Positions 11,732 through 24,047 of a stretch of 64,000 nucleotides of DNA are shown here, piece after piece. Below the pieces are notes generated by a model that did no database searches, was not told the origin of the DNA, and was given only the letters and a program-made list of their open reading frames with translations. Numbering within the stretch: position 1 is the first letter of the stretch; every line of letters begins with the position of its first letter. Origin of the DNA: a virus; the IMG/VR virus record IMGVR_UViG_3300045988_161343. One strand, written 5' to 3'. The position numbers and the translations under genes were made by a program.

Positions 11732-12006
11732 ATGTTTGAATATTTAATTAATACCACTGAAGTATATAGAGTAGATACAGAAAAAGAAGCGGCTGAACTT
11801 ATTAACAAGGCTAAATAGGATAGAGAATATGATTTAGCTAAATATTCTTCTACAAAGAAAGAACGTAAATAGAAGGGTGAAATTATTGATGAATGGTATC
11901 AAGTAACTCTTGTAAAAAAATTTAATGATGAAAAAGAACCGACAGATCATATTTCCCTTTGTTATACAACCAGAACTAATTTTGATGGGGAGACTACAAT
12001 TAACTA
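11732..12006 (+). CDS. hypothetical protein (about 90 aa, 2 TAG)
   Basis: RBS ggagaaactATG; ends TAA overlapping dUTPase start. Confidence 0.4.
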
Positions 12007-12555
12007 ATGAGTATTTATTTTGAAAAAGTAAGTAAATATAATGATTGGGATTTACCAATACCAGAACGAAAAACGAAATATAGTGCAGGTTATGACTTTG
12101 CATCTGCTGAAGATGTTGTAATTCCTTCATATACGCATATTATAGAAGCTTTTAAAAATGGAGCAGCCACTAATGATATTATTTCATTAAATGATATGGC
12201 TAAAATTACTAAAGAGCTTAAGTTAAAACCTACACTTGTTCCTACTGGAATGAAATGCCATATGGAAGATGGTCAATTTCTTGAGTTATCTGTTCGTTCT
12301 TCTTTACCTTTAAAACATTGGATTATTCTTGCTAATGGAGTTGGCATTATTGATGCTGATTATTATAACAATCCTGATAATGAAGGACATATTTATTTCC
12401 AATTAATTAATCTTTCTCCTTTTGATATTGAAATTGCCAAAGGAGATATTATCGGTCAGGGTGTTATTCGAAACTACCTTATTACAGATGATGATAAGGC
12501 TGAAGGCACAAGAATTGGTGGATTTGGTTCAACCAGTAAGGACGTTAATAATTAA
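12007..12555 (+). CDS. dut: dUTP diphosphatase (dUTPase), no TAG
   Basis: Motifs AGYDF, GIIDADYYNNPDNEG, RIGGFGSTSK. Confidence 0.85.
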   Translation: MSIYFEKVSKYNDWDLPIPERKTKYSAGYDFASAEDVVIPSYTHIIEAFKNGAATNDIISLNDMAKITKELKLKPTLVPTGMKCHMEDGQFLELSVRSSLPLKHWIILANGVGIIDADYYNNPDNEGHIYFQLINLSPFDIEIAKGDIIGQGVIRNYLITDDDKAEGTRIGGFGSTSKDVNN

Positions 12556-12597
12556 TCAATAAATAATAATCTCCTTCTATAATAGGAGGAGATTTAT

Positions 12598-13080
12598 ATG
12601 AATTTTTTATTTTTAGACTTATCCACTAAATCTACTGGATATGCTATATCAGATGATAAAGGTAAATTAATTACTTATGGTTTACTTACTGCCTCTTCTT
12701 CTAATAATATAAGTCGTATCCAAAAGATACAAAGTGGAATTATAGAATTAGTAAAACAATATAATATAGAAAAATTAATTGCTGAAGATGTTCATCCAGA
12801 AGCTTATGGTTATTCAGATACTGCTCGATTACTTATGTGGCTTCAAGGGTCTATAGTTCTTGGTGCTCATAGTGTAAATAATAATATAAACTCCAAAAGC
12901 ATAGAATTTATGCAAGCTAGTGAATGGCGAAAAAATTTAGGAATTAAAACAGGCCGCGGCATTAAACGTGAAAATCTTAAACCTCTTGACATAAAATATG
13001 TAAAAGATACATATGGTATTGAAGCAAATGATGATGTCTGTGATGCTATATGTTTATATACTGCATATTTTAAATCATAG
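12598..13080 (+). CDS. RuvC-like Holliday-junction resolvase, no TAG
   Basis: N-terminal FLFLDLSTKSTGYAI and C-terminal DDVCDAICL resemble RuvC catalytic Asp motifs. Confidence 0.7.
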   Translation: MNFLFLDLSTKSTGYAISDDKGKLITYGLLTASSSNNISRIQKIQSGIIELVKQYNIEKLIAEDVHPEAYGYSDTARLLMWLQGSIVLGAHSVNNNINSKSIEFMQASEWRKNLGIKTGRGIKRENLKPLDIKYVKDTYGIEANDDVCDAICLYTAYFKS

Positions 13081-13188
13081 TAGGATGAATTAAATTGGGA
13101 ATGACGGGCAATTTTATACAATTATATAATTCTTTCTTTCATTTATAATGAGAAAGAGCGACAAATTCATGTCGGGAGGATTATATAA

Positions 13189-13626
13189 ATGTTAGAATTT
13201 ATCACAACACATCTGCTTGAAATCATTTTTGGACTAATTTCTGCAGGTGCCTTAGCCTTCTGTAAATGTCTTTATGGTAAAATGAAAACTTATAAAAAGC
13301 TAGTTGAAGAAAAAGAAAATAATACTTTAGACACCACAATTGAAACTCATATTGAACCAATTCGCCAAGAAATTGAAGAACTGCGAAAGTATGTATTAGA
13401 AAGTAACACTGTCGCTAATAAACATATGAATTTAATTTTAACTTCTTATCGTTTTAGATTAACTCAATTGTGTAAAGCCTATATTCAGCAAGGATTTATG
13501 ACAAACACTGAATATGAACAATTAGTAGAATTTTATAAGGTTTACGCTGGCTTAGGCGGAAATGGTCAAGCAAAAACTTATTATGAACGGGCGGTTCAAT
13601 TACCTGTCCATAATGCACAACAATAA
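13189..13626 (+). CDS. hypothetical protein with N-terminal transmembrane segment
   Basis: Intact ORF; hydrophobic N-terminus LLEIIFGLISAGALAF. Confidence 0.5.
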   Translation: MLEFITTHLLEIIFGLISAGALAFCKCLYGKMKTYKKLVEEKENNTLDTTIETHIEPIRQEIEELRKYVLESNTVANKHMNLILTSYRFRLTQLCKAYIQQGFMTNTEYEQLVEFYKVYAGLGGNGQAKTYYERAVQLPVHNAQQ

Positions 13627-13634
13627 AAAAAAAT

Positions 13635-13658
13635 AAAGGGAAGCAATTGCTTCCCTTT
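13635..13658. terminator. bidirectional rho-independent terminator between the convergent plus and minus modules
   Basis: aaagggaagcaattgcttcccttt flanked by A-run and T-run. Confidence 0.6.
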
Positions 13659-13669
13659 ATTTGTTATTC

Positions 13670-14164
13670 TTATACAATTTTTGTAGCTAATGTGGCTATC
13701 TTTCTTTGTAATAATTGTTTTTCTTCAGGAGTAGCATCCTGAATCATTTCTAAAAGATCAGAAGTTAGAACTTGGGCATAATCTTCTAACTCTCTCATCT
13801 ATTGGGCCTAGTCCATATGGTGTTCCTTACTTTCAATGTAGGATTTACGCTTCATAGGGCTATGGCCCATTTTTTTACTATCATCATTCATTCCGCCTGT
13901 GCCTGTATAATTATAACCATTATATCCACCATCATAATCCTTATTATAATGTTTATCTCCATAATAATCATTATTTACATAATAAGGATATGGATTTTTG
14001 CGTTTACGAGGATCTTTCATCATACCGATGTCATAAATTTCTTCTTCCTTGCTCTCTAACATAGCATCTACAATTGATCCATAATAACAAGCTTCGGCCA
14101 AATCTTTAATCATATCAATAACTTCTCCCATTTCATGGGTATCTGCTTGTTGAGGATTAGCCAT
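13670..14164 (-). CDS. Tyr/Gly/Asn-rich protein (about 164 aa, 2 TAG), last gene of the minus-strand block
   Basis: ORF 13808..14164 continues through 2 TAG to TAA; low-complexity NPYPYYVNNDYYGDKHYNKDYDGGYNGYNYTGTGG. Confidence 0.45.
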
Positions 14165-14223
14165 TTGCTATTCAACTAAAGTTATTAAACTATTTTTAAT
14201 CTAACATAATTTTTCCATCATAG

Positions 14224-14643
14224 TCAAGCCACCCTTTCTATAATAAGACTGGCATTTTCAACACTGATGGCAGAAGCACTGGTATTCTCAACACTTATCT
14301 ATTGGCAACATCCACGTGGAACATTTAAAAATAGAGCACGAGAAATACTATTAAACTATTCTACTGCGGTTGGAGTTGAAATCATTGTAGTTTCTGCAAC
14401 AGGCTCCCCATTAATAGCTATTGCCAAAGAAATAGGAGCTACAGTTGCACCAGTTGGAAGAGCTACATTAGCTCCAAAAGTAACCTTAAATCTGGCTCTA
14501 CATTGATTAGTTATGCCTCGTAAAGTTACTAATCCGCTACCTTCACGATGAACCATGGCGCAACTGCCTGGAACAGCGGTATTAGTAAACACTACATTAC
14601 CATTGGCATTTACCGTTTGTAAAGCATTAGCTGTTATTTCCAT
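14224..14643 (-). CDS. hypothetical protein (about 139 aa, 2 TAG), repeated ISVENxSA motif
   Basis: ORF 14356..14643 continues through TAG to TGA. Confidence 0.45.
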
Positions 14644-14663
14644 TTTTTAACCTCTTTTCTTTA

Positions 14664-15515
14664 TTAAGCAGTATACTAGCATCCGCATCCAGTATAATTA
14701 GTCCCTGCATAAGGATTTTGAACAACATAAGCTGGGATAGGAGCTTTGCTGCTTAATTGGTCTATTAAATAAGCATTCTGTAAGTTTTGAGAAATCTGAC
14801 CTTTAAGAGTAGCATTTTCAGCAGTAAGAGTTTCAATCTTATCTTGAACAAGGAAGTCAAGGATAGAACGCATACTAGCATTAGTATTATCAATAATATC
14901 TCTTACTCCTTCATTAACTACTTGACGATTTTGACAAGCTTGACTTGCTAAATTATAGTTTAGATCAGCGAAGCTTGATGTAATAAGATTCTTATTCTCG
15001 CAGCAGCAATGAGCATTTGTTGCTGCCATATTATTTAATTGCTGAGAAAGAGCGTTTGTGTTCTACATATTAGCAATAGTATCAGCATTAATAGCTTGAG
15101 TAATACCAAAAGTATTCTACATAGCATTCATGCCTAAATTACTAATATCAGATTGCAAAGTACGAGCATTTCCATTTAAAGTTTCAGTAACGCCTGCAAA
15201 GCCAGTTAATAAATTATTATTAACGCCAGCAAAACCATTACATAAACCTGTCTGTAAAGAATTAATACCAGACTTAATGTCGCTTACATCAAAGCCATAA
15301 GTTAATTCTTCTCTTGTTGTAGTTCCCTGATATCCAGAACCATTGGTGCCATTACCCCAGCCATTTCCGCCCCAACCATTGAAGCAGAAAAGGAAGAGAA
15401 TAATTATCCATCATGCACCGTTACCCCACATGCCATCATCACCATTACGGTATCCATTACCGCCTGTGGCTGCGGCAATATCAGCTAAACTATAACCATT
15501 ACTTGTGTTGAACAT
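14664..15515 (-). CDS. Gly/Trp-rich membrane protein (about 283 aa) containing an in-frame TGA at codon 35 and 3 TAG
   Basis: RBS aaaggaggacatttatATG; MFNTSNGYSLADIAAATGGNGYRNGDDGMWGNGA-TGA-WIIILFLFCFNGWGGNGWGNG... continues in frame into ORF 14676..15029 and ends TAA; no alternative start for the downstream part. Confidence 0.35.
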
Positions 15516-15541
15516 ATAAATGTCCTCCTTTAATAAAAATA

Positions 15542-15778
15542 TTATTTAATCCCAAGCTATTGCTTAAAGGAATTAAATTCTTTATCAAAGTCTAACCCTT
15601 TCTATGCACATATATTACGTGCTATTTGTTCTATTCCACTGGTATTTCCATTCTATGCCATCTATAGTAAATTATTTGCTATTGGATTATTCTATTGCTA
15701 TAAAAATGACATTATTAACTATTGAGGATTAGACCCACCTTTTATCATTTGAATAATCTACATAGGATTCATTTGCAT
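15542..15778 (-). CDS. small Gln-rich protein (about 79 aa, 8 TAG)
   Basis: RBS cttaaggagtaataaattATG; TAA stop. Confidence 0.35.
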
Positions 15779-15791
15779 AATTTATTACTCC

Positions 15792-16223
15792 TTAAAAATT
15801 AATTTGCTATTTAGGCTATTCTTCTACTTTTGGCTATTGTTTCTATTGCTAAGTCTACTAAGCTATCATATTTAATGCACCTTTAATATCATTTAATGTT
15901 TCATCAAATTCCTAACGAGTAACAAAATTAGATGAATTAAAAGCTTCAGTAGGAACTTCTTTATACTCATACATATTCATAGATGCTGTTCCATCTAAAT
16001 TAATTTGCTTAGTATAAATCCTTTTATTAGCCAAATCAGGAAAGAAAAATACAGAACCATCAAAATCAATAGCAGCAGCTCTTGCTTCTTCTAATGAAGA
16101 AACTGGACGGCCTTTTAATCCAATAAAAGCAGGCTATGGCTACTAACTCGGAGGTATTATTGTATTGGTCCTTTGCGGTTGATAATAACTTTGATTATTT
16201 CCAAAACCTTGATATAAATTCAT
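15792..16223 (-). CDS. hypothetical protein (about 143 aa, 10 TAG) with Gln-rich C-terminus
   Basis: ATG to TAA frame; TAG alternates with CAA (tag tag act tag caa tag aaa caa tag). Confidence 0.4.
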
Positions 16224-16355
16224 AACTAAAATCCTTTCTTATTTATTCTTTCTATACTTATATAAAAAATATTGTCAAATAATTTCCCAATTTTGTCAAA
16301 ATTTTTGGGAAAAAATTTAGGGCATTTTAGTACAATAAATAAGCATAAAAAAAAA

Positions 16356-16380
16356 TGGGAGAACCATATCGGTTCTCCCA
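16356..16380. terminator. rho-independent terminator after the membrane-protein gene (bidirectional)
   Basis: tgggagaaccatatcggttctccca flanked by A9 and T-rich run. Confidence 0.55.
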
Positions 16381-16385
16381 TTTTA

Positions 16386-16793
16386 TTATTTTGTTTCTGT
16401 TGGAGTAATTTTATTTGTACTAACTTCTTTTTCAATTTTAGAAGAAATATATTCATTGAGATCTCCAACAGCAGAATTCAAATATTCAATAGCATCTTGA
16501 CCTAAAATAGCAATTACTTTATTATAAACATCAGTAAATGCTTTTTTCTGCGCTTCGCCATCAAATTTTCCTTGCTGTTTTAATGAATTAACATAAGTCT
16601 AATTCATTGCAATAACACAATCAGTAATTGTATTATCAAGCATATCTAAATATTTTTTAGCTAATTCGCTATCTGTTTGTTGCTTTAAAGCATCTTTTTT
16701 AGATTTAATCCAAGCAACTAAGAATGTCGTTAAAATTCCAAGTAAAGGAATAATACAAATTTGAAATATTTGCGCAATTAATTGAGCATCCAT
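16386..16793 (-). CDS. small membrane protein, possible holin-like (about 135 aa, 1 TAG)
   Basis: ORF 16599..16793 with N-terminal TM (IIPLLGILTTFLVAWI) continues through TAG to TAA; position next to tail-fibre genes. Confidence 0.4.
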
Positions 16794-16806
16794 TTAAAAT
16801 TCCTCC

Positions 16807-19704
16807 TTAATCTAAATAATCTGTAATATAAACATTTTGCCCAAAAACATAAGGAGAAGAATCTGGATATTTTTCACTTATGACTTCAATAGATATATCA
16901 TTCTTTAAGTTAAATTCATAAGTTACTTCAGCATATCCCCATAATCCTTCTGACGGAGCAACCTAACATTTAGCAGATTCTTTCATCAACGTATTATTAT
17001 AAAAAATTTTACTAGTTATTTCTCCTATTTCCGTTGTAGATTTATTTCTACTAAGTGTATGAATTGTTATTTTATCTCCTTCTTTAGCTGTAAATTTTGG
17101 AATATTTGTTTTTGAGATTCCATCAATAGATATTGAAGTATCTACAAGATTTTTTGTAGTAATTCCAATCCATTTATTCCAAACTAAATTATTGTTTAAA
17201 TATTGAGTATCTAAATACCAACTAGAATAAGCAGTTTTTTTACTAATTTCTTGCTAAGGATTCTATTGTATTGAAATAATAGAATCCTGGCTGTTACCTG
17301 AAACAGATATTAAATCCCAATTATTTTGAATATAAAGTCCCCAATAACTGCTAGTTAATGTAGGATTATAAAAATTAATAAGAATTACTTCTCCACTGTC
17401 AGAATTAATTGTTAAATCAGGCAAATTAGCCCCAGCATTATCTCCAAAATTAATTATTAACTATGGAGTGCTACTACCTGCATTTTTTATTGCTTCTTGA
17501 TTTAATTTAGTTCCATTTAATATTTGTTTGATAATAAATTCTAATCCATCATTAACATGATCTACATAATATGTTTTTAAAATATTGTAATTAAAAATAT
17601 AATCATTATTACCATTGCCCTCAGAACCTTCATAAACAATATTATTTGATAAATGTTCTACAGCAGTTATATTAATAATTTTTTTAGCTAATGGGATTCC
17701 AGGCAAACCAGTTAAAGTACCAATTTTTTCCCAATTATCAAATAAAAACTCCTAATCTTCTAATGATTGGACTGGATCTTTTTTATACTAAAAAATATGT
17801 CCACGTGTAGAATCACTTAAATTATCTGTAATATTAATAAATAAATCATTTTTAGAAAGAATAGGACCAATATAACTCTCTTTATTACCTATTACTTTTT
17901 CAATATTATTATTAATTGTATCTATAGAAACAGTTAATCCAGAATTTTTAGGAGTAAGGATATGGATAGGCAAAGGAGTTTCTAAATCGATTTGTTCCAT
18001 ATTTTTACTTATGGGTTTTATATTAGATACTTTATAAGTCTATTCATTTTTAACATTTATAGTTTTTATTGATATATCAGGATATTTAGGAATGGAAAAA
18101 TTAAAAATTTCCTAATAAGTACCAATATTATCTTCTTCTAAAATACTACTTTCAACTACAATCTAATTTTTAATGTAACTATTATCTTTATCTTTAATAA
18201 AAGAATCAACTAATTCTGTTTTAGCTAATGGAGCCGGTGCTGTAATAGCCCCTAAATAAATGCCAGTAATCTAAGAAGAAGTTATCTCATATAAGCTATA
18301 AATTTTCCCAGTTGGCTCATTTATATAGAAATCAGCTTTATAGCCATTATTAGTTATATCATAAAAATGATCTCCTAATGTAGCATATTCAGCTAATATT
18401 GATAAACAATAATTAGCTATACTACTATTTTCAAAATAATATACAGAACTAATGTCATCTTTTTTATTATTATTTATTAACTTTAATAAAATATTAAATA
18501 AAGAATATATTATTTGATCAACCTAAATCAAAGATCTAGGATACATATCATTAAATAAATAAAATAAATTCTATTGGCTACTTGGATTATATTCTGAATC
18601 TATCCAGTACCATTCATATTCTAACTCATTTTTAATTTGCTATAATTTAAAATTATCAACTAAATAAGTATATAATTGCTAAGATAATTTAGTTATTTTT
18701 AAATTATTTTGAGGATTAAATAAAACTCTTTCATCAGGCTAAGTATATATTGCATTTAAATTATTATTGAAAAAATGTTTATTATCAATAATATTCCCAT
18801 TTTCATCATATATTATTTTATCTTCTTTTAGGATATGTAATAAATAATACGAAATTCGTGATAGTATAGAAACCTAATTTTCCCGAATTGTATATTTATA
18901 ATCATAATTTTGATATCCATAAGTTTTATAATTACCCATATTATGAAAATAAGATAATGGTCCTAATCCAAATAAAGAACCAGAAAAAAATGTTGGAGCT
19001 TTAGGCAAATCAAAAGTTAATTGAGGCCTAGTTAATGTTGCTGTCTTAATATTTCCATTTTTATCAAAATAAGTTCCTTCAGTTTTAAAATAAACATTTG
19101 GATCTTCCTAAGAGCCAACTATATTTTTATATACTTCTTCAATACGCTATCCACGTTGTAAATAAAATTTAATTTTAGGAGTATCAGGATTGGTTAAATC
19201 TAAAGTAACATAAGGATCTCCATCTTCAATATCTATAGTCTAATGAAATACTTGAATACGAGGAGTAACGCCAGTTACGCAAGCAATTAAACGATATCCA
19301 AAACCAAAACATTCTTCACTTTCTAAATCAGATACTTCATGAAGAGATTCTCCATATTCTTCTTTATTATCTTCTTCTAAATTTAAGAAAATATAAATAT
19401 TATTATCATTCTAAGGAAAATCTGGAGAAACTGTTAAATTTCTATCTACATAGATTTTCTACCACAATGAATTAGTATATGATTTTCCGCTATCTTTTAA
19501 ATCTATCTGAAGATTAATATTATAGTTGGAGGTTTCTTCATTCATATAAGATGGATCACCATAATTAATAAAAACATAATCTCCAACATTTACAGGAGAA
19601 GTCCATCTTGCTTTTAAATCTCCAACCATGTCAATAGCACGATTGGCAAATATTCGTGTTATTTTAAAGTCTTGCCCTTTTTGTCCACCATAAAAGCTAT
19701 ACAT
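16807..19704 (-). CDS. large tail fibre / receptor-binding-type structural protein (about 965 aa, many TAG)
   Basis: Frame from ATG 19704 joins ORFs 19459..19704, 17788..18000, 17461..17706 (same phase) through TAG only; ends TAA. Confidence 0.45.
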
Positions 19705-19707
19705 TTA

Positions 19708-20409
19708 TTAGTCTCCTCCTTCATATGTTTCATAAGTAAAGTCTATAATTATATTATATAAATCTACAATAGTTGGATCAGGTACATATACTCCTGCTTT
19801 ACCTTTTAAATAAATTCCTAAACCGCTTTTATACTAAGTTATATAATTTTGATGAGCATTATTATATTCAGTCCAATATTCTGAACCAGCTTCAGTGCGA
19901 TCAGGAGCCTAACCTAATGTTTTTTCTAAGTCATTAATTTTCTATAAAAATGTATCTCTTGCTACTTTCATTATTCCAGTTCCAGTAGCCTATAGCTATT
20001 GACTCAATTCTTTATTTATAATATAATTCTAAGGACGTTGAAATCTTAAATAATTAATTACAATATCATCATTAAGTTCATAAATACCAGTACGTCCAAC
20101 CATAATCCATTCTCCAGTATCTTGCGTAGTTGCTTTATTAAAAGTGAATTTAGTACCAGGGGGCGCCTAAATACCTATTTTTTTTACATTATTGAAGCCT
20201 TTTAAAATATTAACTCCAAAAATATCTATTTTTTTATTTTCATAATCTGTTTCATCATTGGTAGTAGTTTCAGTAGAATCATTTAAATTATTCTGATATA
20301 CAGCACTATATACTAATTCAGATAAATCTCCCTATTTAGTAGAAACTAATCCACCAGAACCACCATAGTCCTCTAAATTATAAACAATTTGTTTAAATTG
20401 AATTCCCAT
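19708..20409 (-). CDS. tail/baseplate-associated protein (about 233 aa, about 9 TAG)
   Basis: RBS ggaggtaaataATG; closed by tandem TAA TAA overlapping next start. Confidence 0.4.
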
Positions 20410-20420
20410 TATTTACCTCC

Positions 20421-23400
20421 TTATACTCTTGTTAAAGCTTCATTTGTTGTAATCGACATATTTCCATTATAAGTTAAAGGAAGAGTATATTGAGTTATAA
20501 CAAATTCCCCTTGTATATTACTTTTTCTATCATTTATATAAATTAAATTATTAGGTTCTAAATAATATCTTGGCGCACAGTTAATAGTAACAGTTAAATT
20601 ATAAATTAAATACTAATATAACATTTCTCTTATATAATCAAATGCCGTACTTCCTGTTCCGCTAGAACTAAATAATTTCATTTGCCCCGGTTTTAAAGCA
20701 CAATAAGCCTAACCTTTTAATGTATAATCTTCTATCTTTTGAATTAAATCTGCTTCCCCAGTATTTTCAAAAAATATGATATCAGGCACTTCTAATTTAT
20801 ATAAAAGACTCATATTAGTTTTAGTCAATGCTTTAGTACGCCGACCTATTTTATTAACTGAATATCTAGATACTAACTAATCTACATCAATAAAATCTAA
20901 CCAATATGTTATTAAGCTAGGATCAAGATAAATAGCAGGATTCCATCCAATCCAAGTATCAGGTATGATTTCTTCATTTTGATTTTTTTCAGAAGAATTT
21001 TTTGATTCAATCTAATCAATTTGATTCCGCCATTCTTCATGCCAAGTTTCATTCTAAGGATTAAATATTTGTTTACGCCACAGATATTCACCATCTATTT
21101 TAGCTAATAATTCATCATCATAGTCTCCTTTCTGAGTGCCATTTTCATTATTTAATAAAGCTTGTCTAAATAATTCTTCACGCCATTCATTACAAGGAGT
21201 ACCAATTAAAGTAAAATAAAAATTATCTTCATAATCAAAAGGAGGTTCTTTAGGAGTATATGTAATAATTTTAATTTTATTATTATCATTAATAGTAGAA
21301 AAATCAAGAATATTAGAATTATAAGCTTTAGTAATTTCTTCAATAATTTCATTTAATGAATAATTACCATCATCACGCAAAATAAAAATTTTTTTTATTA
21401 TATATTCCTAATCACCTAAGATTTTTAACTAATCTTTTTTACCATCTACTGGATCTAAGAATGGTAACAATAAATTACTTCCTCCAGATGTATTTCCATT
21501 TGATGTATTATCTTTATTATTATTCTCTTCATTGGGTTTTAATGTAAAACCTGGATCTAAAACATCTAAAGGCATAATTCCATAATTTGGATCTCTAGGA
21601 GTAGGACCAGGTATATTATTATCTTCTGAATTGCCAGGTTTATTTGGTTTAGATGAATCATCTTTAGGAATTTCTTCCATATTTTTATAACTATAAATTA
21701 GTTCAATATCTGAAGTTAAATCATCTTTATTTGTTTTATAATATTCTAATAATTTTTTAACTAAATCGTTGTGTTCTTCTTCAGTAATAACAGTTTCATT
21801 ATTTTTATTTTTTATTACTGGATAATTATTAGGAAATACATAACTATATTCTGTCTTCTTTTTAGATTCATTGTAACTAATTAATTTATAACTAACAACA
21901 ATAGTATTATTTATGGAAATTAAATTATTAGAATCAATAAAACTAAAATCATAATCCTTATTTTTTTCATCAAAATTTATATCTTTAATAATTTTAATAT
22001 AATAATTAATTTTAATAGTATTTAAAAAATTTTCTATATTTCTTAATGAAAGTTCTTCAGTTAATTCGTAAACCTAAATCCACTAGCCTTCGCTATCATA
22101 ATAGCCTAAAATATTTTTATTATCTATATTTTTTATTATAGTTAAATAATATTCTTTAGATTTATTAATCGTTGTATTATTATTATTATCATCAGACTTA
22201 TCATTAGAAGAATTATTATTTTTATTTGCATTATTTTCTTGATCTGGTGGTAACATAAAATCTGGATCTAACACTGTAGAACCTAGCTCTGGTACCATAA
22301 AACCTGGATCTAATTCTTTTGTATTAGATATTAGCATAATGCCGTAATTTTCTAAATCTCCAGTCCCTTGGCCTTTACGCCACCAAGAGGCAGGAATACT
22401 AAAACCCGGATCTAATGTGTCATCATCTTTATAATTGTCATTTTTATTATTATTATTATTATTTTCATTAGAAGAATTATTATTACTTGGCCAACTATCA
22501 GTAGCATCTTTTTTAGGATAAACACCAAGAGCTAAATGAGTAAAGTCAATAATATCAGTTAAATCTTCAAGATATTGAAATCCTATAATTTCTCCATCTA
22601 ATAAAGTAATTTTATAATATCTTATCTAATTTAAAAATATTATTTTATAATATAAAATAAACTAATCGCCAGTGTAAAAAGAATAATTCTTTAAAATATT
22701 TTCAATTATATCTTCTTTAATGTTAGATTCAATTACTTCATCCGCCATTTCTTCATGATTAACAGAATAAATAATTTCTAAAGCTTTTTTATCAGGTGTC
22801 TAATTATAATTACTTTTTTTATACTCGAATAAATAAAAAGCATGGTCACCATTACCTCGAACTACATCCCACATATATTGATTAGCTAAATCAATTTGAG
22901 GTTTTTCATCTATAGCTAAATGATACTATATAGTTTTAGTGACTCCATTACTATTAGTTTTATCACCCCATACAATAAAATCATTTTTTATATTTTCATA
23001 CTTAGGGCTATTATAATATGATAATGCGTCTTTAGCATTTGCAAAAGTATAATAATATTTACTATCTGAAAATGCTTTTATATAATAAGTATCATTTATT
23101 TCTGTAATGGGAGTATAATAGTAATTTAAATAATTCTTTTTCTACTAGAATACAAAATGACCGTCTAAATCATAAAAATATTCATAATTTCCTAAAGATT
23201 CAATAATTTTATCAAGAACAGAAGTTACTGTGTCTCCTGCAGAAAATACTAATTCTCCTGGATAAGTAAAATCTGTTTCTTGATATCCTACATCTTGTCC
23301 ATAAATAAATTTATGCTATAAAAAATTTTCATCTTCAGGAGCATTTTCACTAATTACAAAACTTTTATAATCTTTAGAAAACCATATAGGATTTTGGCCC

Positions 23401-24047
23401 ATATACTTTGTACTAAGTTTAGCTGTCATATCTACATCATTAATTATAACATTCTACTCTGGTTCTTTGCCAAAATGTGTTACACATTCTTTAATAACCG
23501 TAAATATAGGCACTTGCTCAATTGTAATATCTCCATTTTCATCTTCATATTGTGTTTCATGAAAGGTAACTGCTGAAGGTAATGTACCTCCACAAGTACC
23601 ATCAAGCATACACATTTTATCCTTACCTGAAATAGAAATATTTGCAGCAGAAGCTGTAGTAGAAGAAGTAGCTTGATTAATTACAAATGTTCCAAGAGGA
23701 AACCAAATAATATCTCCATAGTTTTTATAATCTTCAAATGGATTTTCAAGTCCTACCTCTACTTTTACTTTTTTATTAATTGAAATTATATTTTCAATAT
23801 TATTAATGTCATTTTCATTTTCTACACCGCTAATTGTTAGACTAATCGTGCGGCGCAAGGCGGCAGACCCATTAACTGTAATAGAGCCTGCCGTTGCTAT
23901 ACCCTATACTTCTCGTATGGGTTTTTCATCAACAAAAGATAAAATGGTAAGTTTGATATAATGTTTTTTTATACGCATTTCATCTAATGCAGTTAAAAAC
24001 TCACTATCTTTTAGATATTCTCTCATTCCGTTTTCTCCTATGATTCA
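20421..24047 (-). CDS. large tail structural protein (about 1200 aa) with Asn-rich linkers and repeated LDPGF motifs; start uncertain
   Basis: Same phase links ORFs 23454..23858, 22083..22337, 21429..21680, 21054..21380 through TAG to TAA near 20421. The best RBS/ATG near 24025 is in another frame and stops after 10 codons, so a frameshift or indel near 23990-24047 is possible. Confidence 0.4.

Noticed and set aside
14267-14506. ORF-track entry 14267..14506 (+), 79 aa
   Set aside because: Antisense to the minus-strand gene 14224..14643; no RBS; chance open frame.
20912-21094. ORF 20912..21094 (-), 60 aa
   Set aside because: Out of phase with the 1200-aa tail gene that spans it.
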